In this document: in pieces, positions 55,644 through 64,000 of the stretch
How positions within the stretch are numbered: position 1 is the first letter of the stretch
Layout of the letters: each line of letters starts with the position of its first letter
Origin: Akkermansiaceae bacterium
GTDB lineage: Bacteria; Verrucomicrobiota; Verrucomicrobiia; Verrucomicrobiales; Akkermansiaceae
Assembly: GCA_903826205.1 (NCBI GenBank)
Contig: CAIKDP010000025.1
Location: 630 to 64,629, forward strand
Reading direction: 5' to 3'
DNA length: 64,000 nt
Program-made: the position numbers and the translations under genes
Notes under the pieces: generated by a model
The model's database searches: none
Told to the model about the DNA's origin: nothing
What the model saw: only the letters and a program-made list of their open reading frames with translations

Positions 55644-57059
55644 GCCCCCGCCGCGGAGAAACCGGCAGCACCCTCGGATGTGTACAAATCCGTGCTGCGC
55701 ATCGAGGTGGCCACCCAAACCCCCGACTACCGCACACCGTGGAACGCCGGCCACTTCAGCGGCGGCATCGGCACCGGCTTCATCATCGGCAAAAACCAGA
55801 TTCTAACAAACGCGCACGTCGTCTCCAACGCCCGCCGGGTGCTCATCAACATCTACGGCAGTTCGAAAAAATACCCGGCCAAGGTCGATTACATCGCCCA
55901 TGATTGCGACCTCGCACTGCTCTCCGTGGAGGACTTCGCCGATTTCGCCGCCTTCCCCGCGTTTGCTTTCGGCGACATCCCCGCGCTGGAATCCCAAGTC
56001 CGCGTCATCGGCTATCCGATCGGCGGCGAACGCCTGTCGGTGACCCGCGGTGTGGTCTCTCGGATAGATTTCCAGCCCTACGCCCACTCGCGCGCCGACT
56101 CCCACCTGATCGTTCAGATTGATGCCGCCATCAACCCGGGCAACTCCGGCGGGCCATGCATCCAGGATGGCAAGGTTGTGGGGGTCGCTTTCCAGGGCTT
56201 GCGACAGGCCGACAACACCGGCTACATCATCCCCACGCCGGTGGTGAAACGTTTTCTCAAGGACATCGCGGACGGCACATACGATCACTATGTGGAACTC
56301 GGCATCAGCGAATTTCCGCTGTTCAATCCCGCCATGCGCAAGGCCCTCGGCCTGCCCGATAATGACAAGGGCGTGCTCGTCACCAACGTCATCCCCACCA
56401 GCTCCGCCGATGGCCTGCTCAAGCCCGGTGACATCCTCATGTCCATCAATGGCCTCGACATCGATAGCGCGGGCATGGTCGCCATCGATGGCGAAAACGT
56501 CAACTTCAACGAAATCGGCGAACGCAAATTCGCGGGCGACAAACTGGCCGTGCGCTTTCTGCGCGATGGCAAGCGCAACGACGTGCAGATCGAACTCAAG
56601 CCGCTGGAATGGGCGCGCATCTATGCCATCGATTATGAAAGCCAACCCCGCTACATCGTGTTTGCCGGGTTGGTGTTCCAACCGCTCGACACCAATCTGT
56701 TTGCCAGCCAGAAATTTGAAGACGTCAATGTCCGGCGCTTGTATTCCGACTATGTGCCCAAAGGCCTGTTCCAAAAGCGCCCGGACATCGTCATGCTCAC
56801 CCGCGTGGAAAGCGATCCGGCGACCAACCAACTGGATGACTTCGCCGGCTTCGCGGTGGACAAGATCAACGGCACGGAGGTGCGCGACCTCGCCCATGCC
56901 TATGAACTGCTCTATCCGAAGGATCCGCCCGAGTTTTTTGTCATTGAGTTGTTCGGTTCCAACCGCCCGGTGGTCATGCCCGCCGCCAAGGTCAAGGACG
57001 CCAACACCCGCATCCAGAAAAACTACGGCATCACCCGCCTCTTCAATCTCCAACCCTAA
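55596..57059 (+). CDS. secreted trypsin-like serine protease with PDZ domain (HtrA/DegP-like, S1C)
   Basis: ATG at 55596 (MKHLFACLLPLVLAAAAPAA). Catalytic triad contexts TNAHVV, HDCDLALL and GNSGGP. A PDZ-like segment GVLVTNVIPTSSADGLLKPGDILMSING follows. Confidence 0.9.
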   Translation: MKHLFACLLPLVLAAAAPAAEKPAAPSDVYKSVLRIEVATQTPDYRTPWNAGHFSGGIGTGFIIGKNQILTNAHVVSNARRVLINIYGSSKKYPAKVDYIAHDCDLALLSVEDFADFAAFPAFAFGDIPALESQVRVIGYPIGGERLSVTRGVVSRIDFQPYAHSRADSHLIVQIDAAINPGNSGGPCIQDGKVVGVAFQGLRQADNTGYIIPTPVVKRFLKDIADGTYDHYVELGISEFPLFNPAMRKALGLPDNDKGVLVTNVIPTSSADGLLKPGDILMSINGLDIDSAGMVAIDGENVNFNEIGERKFAGDKLAVRFLRDGKRNDVQIELKPLEWARIYAIDYESQPRYIVFAGLVFQPLDTNLFASQKFEDVNVRRLYSDYVPKGLFQKRPDIVMLTRVESDPATNQLDDFAGFAVDKINGTEVRDLAHAYELLYPKDPPEFFVIELFGSNRPVVMPAAKVKDANTRIQKNYGITRLFNLQP

Positions 57060-57060
57060 C

Positions 57061-57567
57061 ATGCCTCGCGCCGGCATCGCCCTCGGCTCCAACCTCGGCC
57101 AGCGCCTGGCCAACCTGCAGGCCGCCGTGGCACACCTGCGGCGCCTCGCGCGCCCCGGTGACGAACTGTTGCAGGCACCCGTCTATCAAACCGCTCCCGT
57201 GGCCTGCGCGGACGACGCGCCGGATTTCTACAACACCGTGGTCGAGATCGCCTATGATGGCTCCCCCTTGGACTTGCTCCAGCAGACGCAAGCCATCGAA
57301 TCCACTCTCGGCCGCACCCGCGGCGCCGGGCACCATGCCCCGCGCCTCATCGATATCGACCTGCTCTATTTCGGCAACACAATTCACGCGGCCGACGGCT
57401 TGACGCTCCCCCACCCGCGCCTCACCCGGCGCCGCTTCGTCCTGCAACCGCTCGCTGACATCCGCCCGGACCTCATCCTCCCCGGCGATGCCCTCAGCAT
57501 CGCCGCACACCTCGCCAGACTCGCATCTAACGAACCTGCGCTCGCCCGGGTCCAATCGGTGTGGTAG
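57061..57567 (+). CDS. folK: 2-amino-4-hydroxy-6-hydroxymethyldihydropteridine diphosphokinase
   Basis: ATG at 57061, MPRAGIALGSNLG...YQTAPV...PRLIDIDLLYFG...LTLPHPRLTRRRFVLQPL. This is the only credible part of the chimeric track ORF 56290-57567. Confidence 0.9.
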   Translation: MPRAGIALGSNLGQRLANLQAAVAHLRRLARPGDELLQAPVYQTAPVACADDAPDFYNTVVEIAYDGSPLDLLQQTQAIESTLGRTRGAGHHAPRLIDIDLLYFGNTIHAADGLTLPHPRLTRRRFVLQPLADIRPDLILPGDALSIAAHLARLASNEPALARVQSVW

Positions 57568-57756
57568 AATGAGGTTTTGCAACCCAGCTCACGCGGACCA
57601 CCGCGGCGGCAGACGGCGGCAGCGACGCCGACTCATGCATCGCACCTCGAGCGGCGCTTGCCCAGCCCATGCACCTCTACGCCGGAGGCGTGCGCGGCAG
57701 GACGCTTGAGGGCCATGGGGCGATCACTTGGAAACCGACGTGTGCACGCAAAGTTC

Positions 57757-57778
57757 AGGCCCCGTGCTGAGGGGGCCT
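57757..57778. terminator. GC-rich hairpin AGGCCCC-N8-GGGGCCT, candidate terminator just after the LRR gene stop
   Basis: The 7-bp perfect stem lies 3 nt from the TAA of the minus-strand LRR gene (57781-57783) and about 190 nt after folK. The flanking T/A tracts are weak. Confidence 0.45.
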
Positions 57779-57780
57779 CT

Positions 57781-60700
57781 TTACTCACTGGCTCCCGCCT
57801 CCACCCGCACGAAAAGTTTGCCGCCGGATGGAACGGCTGCGGACGAAAGCGCGACAGCCACGGTGGCGACATCGCCATGGGTGTCAGTGACAGTTTGGAC
57901 CGCGGCGTTGTCTCGAGTCCATGTCAGCAGATCCGTGCTAAAACATACCGTGTAGCTGAGGTCGGTTCCCAGACGCCTGGTATAGTGGAATTGTTTGCCA
58001 CTCAAGCTTCTGGCGATCGGATTGACCGACGCTCCGAGGCGGGGATCGAGACCGAAGGCGAATTCCTGCCGGTTGGTCAGGGTGTCGCCATCCGGATCGC
58101 CTGCGGCAGACAGGTCGGGATTGGTGAAGCCCGTCCAGTTCAAGCTGCAGACCCATACCTCATAGGGGCCAATTTCGGTCGACAAACCGCTGGTCAGGTC
58201 CGATTGATTGCCGAGAGGGTCGTTCAACACCCCATGGGCTGGCGTGCATGTCCGCACGACCAGGTAGATCACCGCGCCCGGAACCAGATCCGTGATCTCT
58301 ATTCCGTTAGACGACTTGTCAGGTGTGCGGTTAGCCGGTGCAAACGCATACGGTCCGCCCGCAGTATCGCTCATGCCAACCTCATAGTAGCCGCCATCGC
58401 CCGTGTAGTTGATTGGATCCCAGGCGAGGGAGAGGTGGCCAGTTCCAGCGTCCGCCACGTGAACGTTGGCAGGTGCGATCGTCTGGGTCAAAGCCCAGCT
58501 TGGATTCTTTGCATCAAGATAACTGATGAGCGCCGGGTCATGTGCCGTCAGGCAGTTATACTCCATCATCAAACCACCCACAGTGGATATATTTGTCAAA
58601 TTAGCAAGTGATGCGGGAATTTCACCTGTCAGTTGGTTGTTACTCAGGGCCAAGGCCGTAAGTTGGGTCATGCTTCCCAACTCGGCGGGTATCGTGCCAC
58701 TGAACTTGTTGATGCGCAATGAGAGGCCGGCAAGATTCGGCAAAGTGGCAAACCACGCTGGAATCGCCCCAGTCAAGCCATTTCCAGCCAATGAACAGTA
58801 GGTCAGCCCGTGCAGGCCGCTCAATTCCGCGGGAATTGAGCCATCGAGATGATTGTAGCTCAGGGTTAAGCGTTGAAGCTGGCTCATTGTGCCGAGGTCA
58901 GCTGGTATGGTGCCGGAGAATTGGTTGCGGAACAGCTCAAGGTTCAGCAGGGATGAAAGCCCAGACAGCCATGCCGGGATGGAACCGGTCAGCGCGTTTT
59001 GCGACAAGTCCAGGGTGACCACCTGAGTCAGCGCGCCCAAGTCCGGGACTGGTCCGGACAACTGATTGCGGTTCAACCACATGCCTGTGAGGTTCGTAAG
59101 ATTGCCAAGCTCGGTTGGTATCGCGCCCGTTAGTGCATTGAGCCCGAGCGACAGGCTCTCTAGGGCGGTAAGATTGCCCAACTCGGCAGGTATCGCCCCG
59201 GAAAGTTGATTGTTACTTATCCACATATTCCTCAGAGCAGAAAGATTGCCAAATTCCGCAGGGAGACCTCCCGTTAGTTGGTTGTCGCTCAATTGCAGGG
59301 TATGAAGTTTTGCGAGACTGCCGAGACTGGCCGGGATGGAACCTGTCAGCTGGTTGTTATTCAGGAATATATCAGTCAATTCAGATAGGTTGCCAAGCTC
59401 CGGTGGGATTTCTCCTGTTAGAGCATTGAAGTCGAATGACAGGCTTTCAAGATTCGCAAGATCACCCAGCCGTGCTGGAATCACCCCGGTAAGTTGATTG
59501 CTACCCATCCACAGGCGAACCAGATTTGTGAGACCGCCCAATTCCTCGGGGATGCTACCCGTCAATTGGTTGTTGCTCAGTTGCAGGACCTGCAGGTTGG
59601 TGAGGTTGCCCAGTTCCGGCGGCAACGGTTCGGTCAGATAGTTGTTATCCAGCCATAGATCAGTCAAATGAGTGAGGTTGCCTATCTCCGAAGGAATTCC
59701 CCCGGTTAACTGATTTACGGAAATTGCCAGGCTCTCAAGTAAGACAAGGTTGCCAAGATCCGCAGGCACCACTCCGGAAATCTGGTTCTGGTCCAGCCAT
59801 ATCCGCCTCAGGCCCGCAAGATTTCCCAACGCGGCAGGCAATGCGCCGACGAGATGATTGGCGCCAAGCCGTAACGCGACAACGTGCCCATTCTCGGTAT
59901 CCACGCCGAACCACGGTGCCGTATCGGTCAGCCAGTTGGTATTGTCCACCCAGTTATCCCCATCGGTGCTGACATATAGGGCGACGAGGGCATCGTATTC
60001 ACTCTTGGGAACTCCGAGTGCGTTGACGACCGCCGAGACCTCGTTGGACGGATCGCTTGTGAGTGTCGACTGGTTGACCCAAAGGGGCAGCGTCACCGTC
60101 CTTACCACGAAGTAGCAGGTTGCGCCCGGTGAAAGACCGCCGATCTGTAGTGACGAGGCCCATTTGTCAGGGGTGCGGTTCGCCGCATCGAAGGCGTAGG
60201 GCCCTCCTTGAGTTTCACTGATGCCTACCTCGTAGTAGCCATCATCCCAGGCGTAGGCGATGGGCTCCCACCCCAATATCACGGAGGTGGAATCACCGCC
60301 TAGCACGATCAGATGGGTCGGCTCAATTGTCTGCGAATCCCCGCCCCACGGCGCATGCGCCTCGAGATAAATCAATAACTCCGGGTCAGAAGCCTTGAGT
60401 TGGTTGGAGCCCAAATCGAGGGCTATGATGTTAGTAAGATTTGCAAGCGACGCGGGGATCTCGCCGTGCAACTGATTGCCCGCCAGAATCAGATATTCCA
60501 GCAGGATCAGATTGCCGATTTCGGTGGGAATCGTTCCGTCAAGCTGGTTGTTGAAGACGCTAAACTCCAATAACTCCGACAAGCTGCCAATCTCTGCGGG
60601 AAGGTTTCCGGACAACGAGTTGTTGTCGAGCCAAAGCCACCTAAGATTTGTCATGTTTCCAATCTCCTGAGGGATGCTGCCGGTGAGCAGGTTGACACCA

Positions 60701-61410
60701 AGCCCCAGCCTGGTAAGGATTGTTAGATTTCCAATGACAGCAGGGATGTCCCCGGACAAGCTGTTATTGTCTGCCGTGAAGCTTTCCAACAACGTGAGAT
60801 CGCCAATGGCAGCCGGGATCGAACCTGAAAGGTGATTCGCTCCAAGGCTGATGCCGATAACATTTCCGTTCTCCACGGTCACGCCGAACCATGGGGTGTT
60901 ATCCGTCAGCCAGTTTGTATTGTTAGTCCAGTTGGGGCCGTCGGTGGAGTGGTAAAGGTCCACGAGCACATCGAACTGCGCCGGTGGTATAGCCAGCGCA
61001 CCAAGCAGAATCGTGAAGCCGGCACTCTTGATGTCACTGGGGTCCATGTCAGTCGCATAGGCCCGCGCCTTGAGGGTGGCGTTTGTGGACAAATGAACTG
61101 ACTCGCCGGAAACCACGGACGGACTTGTTTCAATTGGATCGGAACCATCCGTCGTGTAATGAACACCCGCCTCTGGGGTCCCGCAAACAATGACCACATC
61201 CTTTTCTGCATTGAAGGTTCCGCCATCCGGGCTGAACGACGGCGTGGCGACGACATCGGGCCATACCGACAAGCAGCTCAGCAGAAAAGCCACTCCGATG
61301 GCTAGGAAATGGCCATGGGGGTGCGGTAGGCAGGCCGCCCGATCAGGAGGGGAAGCGCAGAGATCCCTGTGATTGACGGGCCATGGCTGGACTATACATT
61401 GAGTTTTCAT
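57781..61410 (-). CDS. secreted leucine-rich repeat protein with two plant-type (24-residue) LRR solenoids, each followed by an FN3-like domain
   Basis: About 30 repeats fit LxxLxxLxLxxNxLtGxIPxxLGxL (e.g. LGNLTNLQVLQLSNNQLTGSIPEELGGLTNLVRLWMGSNQLTGVIPARLGDL). Each block is preceded by an LRRNT-like cap (YDALVALYVSTDGDNWVDNTNWLTDTAPWFGV). An N-terminal chitobiase-C-like domain is present. The start is ATG at 61410 (MKTQ...) or 61494. Confidence 0.9.
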   Translation of the reverse strand: MKTQCIVQPWPVNHRDLCASPPDRAACLPHPHGHFLAIGVAFLLSCLSVWPDVVATPSFSPDGGTFNAEKDVVIVCGTPEAGVHYTTDGSDPIETSPSVVSGESVHLSTNATLKARAYATDMDPSDIKSAGFTILLGALAIPPAQFDVLVDLYHSTDGPNWTNNTNWLTDNTPWFGVTVENGNVIGISLGANHLSGSIPAAIGDLTLLESFTADNNSLSGDIPAVIGNLTILTRLGLGVNLLTGSIPQEIGNMTNLRWLWLDNNSLSGNLPAEIGSLSELLEFSVFNNQLDGTIPTEIGNLILLEYLILAGNQLHGEIPASLANLTNIIALDLGSNQLKASDPELLIYLEAHAPWGGDSQTIEPTHLIVLGGDSTSVILGWEPIAYAWDDGYYEVGISETQGGPYAFDAANRTPDKWASSLQIGGLSPGATCYFVVRTVTLPLWVNQSTLTSDPSNEVSAVVNALGVPKSEYDALVALYVSTDGDNWVDNTNWLTDTAPWFGVDTENGHVVALRLGANHLVGALPAALGNLAGLRRIWLDQNQISGVVPADLGNLVLLESLAISVNQLTGGIPSEIGNLTHLTDLWLDNNYLTEPLPPELGNLTNLQVLQLSNNQLTGSIPEELGGLTNLVRLWMGSNQLTGVIPARLGDLANLESLSFDFNALTGEIPPELGNLSELTDIFLNNNQLTGSIPASLGSLAKLHTLQLSDNQLTGGLPAEFGNLSALRNMWISNNQLSGAIPAELGNLTALESLSLGLNALTGAIPTELGNLTNLTGMWLNRNQLSGPVPDLGALTQVVTLDLSQNALTGSIPAWLSGLSSLLNLELFRNQFSGTIPADLGTMSQLQRLTLSYNHLDGSIPAELSGLHGLTYCSLAGNGLTGAIPAWFATLPNLAGLSLRINKFSGTIPAELGSMTQLTALALSNNQLTGEIPASLANLTNISTVGGLMMEYNCLTAHDPALISYLDAKNPSWALTQTIAPANVHVADAGTGHLSLAWDPINYTGDGGYYEVGMSDTAGGPYAFAPANRTPDKSSNGIEITDLVPGAVIYLVVRTCTPAHGVLNDPLGNQSDLTSGLSTEIGPYEVWVCSLNWTGFTNPDLSAAGDPDGDTLTNRQEFAFGLDPRLGASVNPIARSLSGKQFHYTRRLGTDLSYTVCFSTDLLTWTRDNAAVQTVTDTHGDVATVAVALSSAAVPSGGKLFVRVEAGASE

Positions 61411-61581
61411 GGGAATGGCAGATGTTGTGGGTTGCAGGGGACTCTCTTTCCCGTGTGACCACGCGCTCAAGACAGGTGCGATGGCTCGGGACAATGAGTT
61501 GACACCTTTATCAAAATCCCGAAGCTCCCGGTAGATATCCGTTGATATATTCGCAATTCCTTACCATCCCGCGTGTCACGC

Positions 61582-61662
61582 TTAAGGAACGGAGACATTC
61601 TTGTCCTCGACTGCTCTTTGCCTCGCGGGTAGCAAACAAACGACAGGAATGTCGTTGCCCCT
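61582..61662 (+). repeat. dispersed, more diverged copy of the 80-bp palindromic-end element
   Basis: TTAAGGAACGGAGACATTCTTGTCCTCGA...AAACGACAGGAATGTCGTTGCCCCTC. Intergenic, between two minus-strand genes. Confidence 0.7.
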
Positions 61663-61846
61663 CAAACGACAGGCCTGTGGTGGCTCATTAGCGCACCAAC
61701 ATGGCTCTTCGTTCCACATCATCGGCCGGCAACCGCGGATGAAGATCCTCCCGCAGGATGCGGGAGGATGCTGGAAACGTGCGCCACGCTGCAAGTCGGG
61801 GCGTAACGGGCGGCCCCGCCAACACGCGGCCCGCACCGGCTCACCC

Positions 61847-63601
61847 TTATTTCTTGGGGGTCAACTCAAACCAACGGATTGAGATGCCGCGCTGCATGGA
61901 AGGAGAGGTGATGCGCAGCGTCTGGGGTCCCTTGTTGAGTTTGATGTCCACTGCTTGCATTTTTTTCCACAGGCCGGTGGTGCCGGGGATGGCGACGGTG
62001 CCGAGTTTTTCCTCGCCGCAGCTTAGCTCGAGCACCTGATCGCGATTGGCAGCCGCCAGCATGACTTCCATCGCGTAGGTCCCGGCCGCCGGAACCTCGA
62101 TCAAGTATTCGGCCCAATTGGTCTTCATGTTGCGTTGGAAATAGAGCTGTTTGCCGCCTGTCCAACTATCGAAAACAAACACCCGCCCTTGCTGCTCGGT
62201 CGGATACATCGCCTCGGCTAAATTCTTGGTGAACGCTTCGGCCTCCACGTGGATGACTCCGGGCGCGAGTTGAAACGGCGCTTCCTTCACGCGCGGCGGT
62301 GTGGCGGCCGTGTTCGACGCGTCGGTGACGGCAGCCGGCCCTTCCGCATTGTAGTCAATGGGCGCGTCCTTCTTCGAGGGATCGGTCTTGGTGGCTTTGC
62401 CGGCGAAGACCACATCACACTCGGATGCCGGCACTCCCATCGGCGTGGTGGTGTTGACGGGCTTCACAACCTTGGTGGCCAAGTCCTTGACGGCCTCCGT
62501 CCGCTCCTTGGTGGCCAGCACCGGTGCGAGCCAGTTCAGGTGCTGAACGAGGGACCACTCGACCGTGCGGTATTTCTTGGTCTCCTGGGCCGTGAACTGG
62601 GCGCCGTTGCAGCCGCCGCAATCCGAGAATTCCCACCCACGACCCTGATAGACTTTCCACAGGCTGCCGGCCTGCGGTTCGGTTTCAGGGAAATCGCAGC
62701 GTGCGGCGAACGTGCAATGTTGCGGTTGTCCCACGCCGATGGCGGGCACGCCCAAGGCATTGCAAACGAACTGGCCGAACATGCCGCGCGGCCCGCATTT
62801 GCCGCCGCCTTCCAACACCGTGATGTAGCCGTTAGAAAAACCAAACGGCGAAAACCTGCGCCACACCTCGCTGACAATCTTGTGGATCTGTTCTTTTTCC
62901 ATCAGGTCCGGGCGCCAGTCGTGGATCATCTGCCGCGCCCAATTCATGTCGGTGTCGGCACCAATGCAGTTCAGGCAGCGCGCGTAATCACACACCATCA
63001 GATGGTCGAAGCTCGGAACCAAATCCTTGTTCTTGTGCGCGGTCTTGAAGTTGTTGTAGCGTTTCTGCCACTCGATGGGCTCGTCGCCGCGGTATTGACC
63101 GACACCGCCGGGTGGCCAAATGGCCGCGGCCATGGCGAGTTTGAGGTACATTCCCTCGTGTGACTCCGGATCTTCGGTATAGAGCTTGAACCAGCGCTCC
63201 AGCGCTTCAATTCCCGGCGCCGCGTATTCCATATACAGGTCCAAGCGAGCGGTGTCCTTCATCACCCATGACAGGAACGCCTTCTTGGCCTCGACCTTCG
63301 CGAAGGTGTTGAGTTTGTCAACGCCGTGCGTCTCGACAAACCGCCTCTGGTCCAGCGTGTGGCGGAACACCGGATCCTTCAACAGGGCAACCATGGCCTC
63401 TTCCGTGATCTTGCCGGCATCGGACGGGGACTTCTGGTCAAGCCATGCCGACATTTGGGTGTAGTACCCGGTGAAGTCGGCGGATTGGATCGCCGTCTCG
63501 AGATCCTTCGCGCCAGGCTCCCATGCGAAGGCCGTCAGCGGCAGCGATAAAATCGTACAGGCGGCGAACACCCGGGCGGGCTTGAATTGAAACAATTTCA
63601 T
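61847..63601 (-). CDS. hypothetical secreted protein with a C-terminal carbohydrate-binding-module-like beta-sandwich
   Basis: ATG at 63601 (MKLFQFKPARVFAACTILSLPLTAFA signal peptide). The C-terminal ~130 aa (IHVEAEAF...WAEYLIEVPAAGTYAMEV...LRITS...IRWFELT) resemble a CBM6/35-type module. The N-terminal domain was not recognised. Confidence 0.7.
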   Translation of the reverse strand: MKLFQFKPARVFAACTILSLPLTAFAWEPGAKDLETAIQSADFTGYYTQMSAWLDQKSPSDAGKITEEAMVALLKDPVFRHTLDQRRFVETHGVDKLNTFAKVEAKKAFLSWVMKDTARLDLYMEYAAPGIEALERWFKLYTEDPESHEGMYLKLAMAAAIWPPGGVGQYRGDEPIEWQKRYNNFKTAHKNKDLVPSFDHLMVCDYARCLNCIGADTDMNWARQMIHDWRPDLMEKEQIHKIVSEVWRRFSPFGFSNGYITVLEGGGKCGPRGMFGQFVCNALGVPAIGVGQPQHCTFAARCDFPETEPQAGSLWKVYQGRGWEFSDCGGCNGAQFTAQETKKYRTVEWSLVQHLNWLAPVLATKERTEAVKDLATKVVKPVNTTTPMGVPASECDVVFAGKATKTDPSKKDAPIDYNAEGPAAVTDASNTAATPPRVKEAPFQLAPGVIHVEAEAFTKNLAEAMYPTEQQGRVFVFDSWTGGKQLYFQRNMKTNWAEYLIEVPAAGTYAMEVMLAAANRDQVLELSCGEEKLGTVAIPGTTGLWKKMQAVDIKLNKGPQTLRITSPSMQRGISIRWFELTPKK

Positions 63602-64000
63602 GATGGGTCTCGTTGAGTTGGTGTTTCCCGATGCCGTAAGGTGGTCCAAGGCAAGCCTGAAGCCCAGCCTTTCCACAGCCCGCGAAACAGCCCCAAGTAC
63701 CCCCGAATGCCATGACGAGCAACGGTAATCTCAAAAAAATCCGATTTTAAGCACTCAGGGTGGCATTTGCAACGGCATCACCTCAGGCATGCAGGACGAG
63801 CAGGACATCTCATTTCTGCCGCCGCCTTACGGTCAGCGCGGAGGGTGGAGTTGGCGTTGGAAAGAACAATGGATTCCCCACGCCGCGTGGCTGACCCTGG
63901 CCCTCGCCGCAGAGGCGGTGGCACGCTGAGTGGGCACACGCCGGCAAGAATCCGGGCAACCAAAGACAGCTGCTTTTGCTTGTCTTCGCTGAAAATTCAT

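Noticed and set aside
56290-57060. N-terminal 257 codons of the track ORF 56290-57567
   Set aside because: This part is an out-of-frame read-through of the HtrA-like gene. Only the region from the ATG at 57061 matches HPPK (folK).
63778-63963. 61-aa minus-strand ORF, and a 47-aa plus-strand ORF starting at 63788, at the window edge
   Set aside because: They are short and Arg/Ala/Pro-rich, with no motif and no supporting context. There is not enough evidence to call either a gene.

Overview
This is a GC-rich (about two-thirds G+C by eye) chromosomal segment. It looks like a Verrucomicrobiota or other PVC-type bacterium; this is an inference from the giant autotransporter-associated beta-strand-repeat protein, the ECF sigma/Ser-Thr kinase pair, the secreted glycan-degrading enzymes and the weak Shine-Dalgarno signals. 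I can support about 36 protein genes. Positions 1-13288 are the 5' part of one giant minus-strand adhesin-like gene. It runs off the window, which is why it is missing from the ORF track; the plus-strand ORFs listed there are antisense shadows. The rest is mostly housekeeping or accessory metabolism: recF, an M48 protease, a MoxR-DUF58-transglutaminase operon, rluD, a vapBC toxin-antitoxin pair, ftsH, a large multidomain ABC transporter, an orphan ParA, hisBH, a rhamnose-related cluster (URO-D-like, rhaM, rhaT, SGNH hydrolase, esterase), cysI-cysH-cysK, an ECF sigma plus kinase-FGE pair, ygiQ, a GH127 glycosidase, an HtrA-like protease, folK and a 1,200-aa plant-type LRR protein. I recognised no rRNA, tRNA, CRISPR array, transposase, integrase or prophage genes. 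Four signals are not explained by the gene list. (1) The hexamer GTTAGA/TCTAAC is strongly over-represented, follows the sense strand and forces rare codons. (2) A (GGTTAGT)8 heptamer array and nested inverted repeats sit inside the cysH-cysK spacer. (3) An 80-bp repeat family with palindromic ends is present as a 2.9-copy tandem array plus two dispersed copies. (4) A leader-plus-signal-peptide cassette is duplicated in front of two unrelated secreted enzymes. I did not find a convincing novel multi-gene system such as a defence island. All motif counts are hand tallies and need recomputing.
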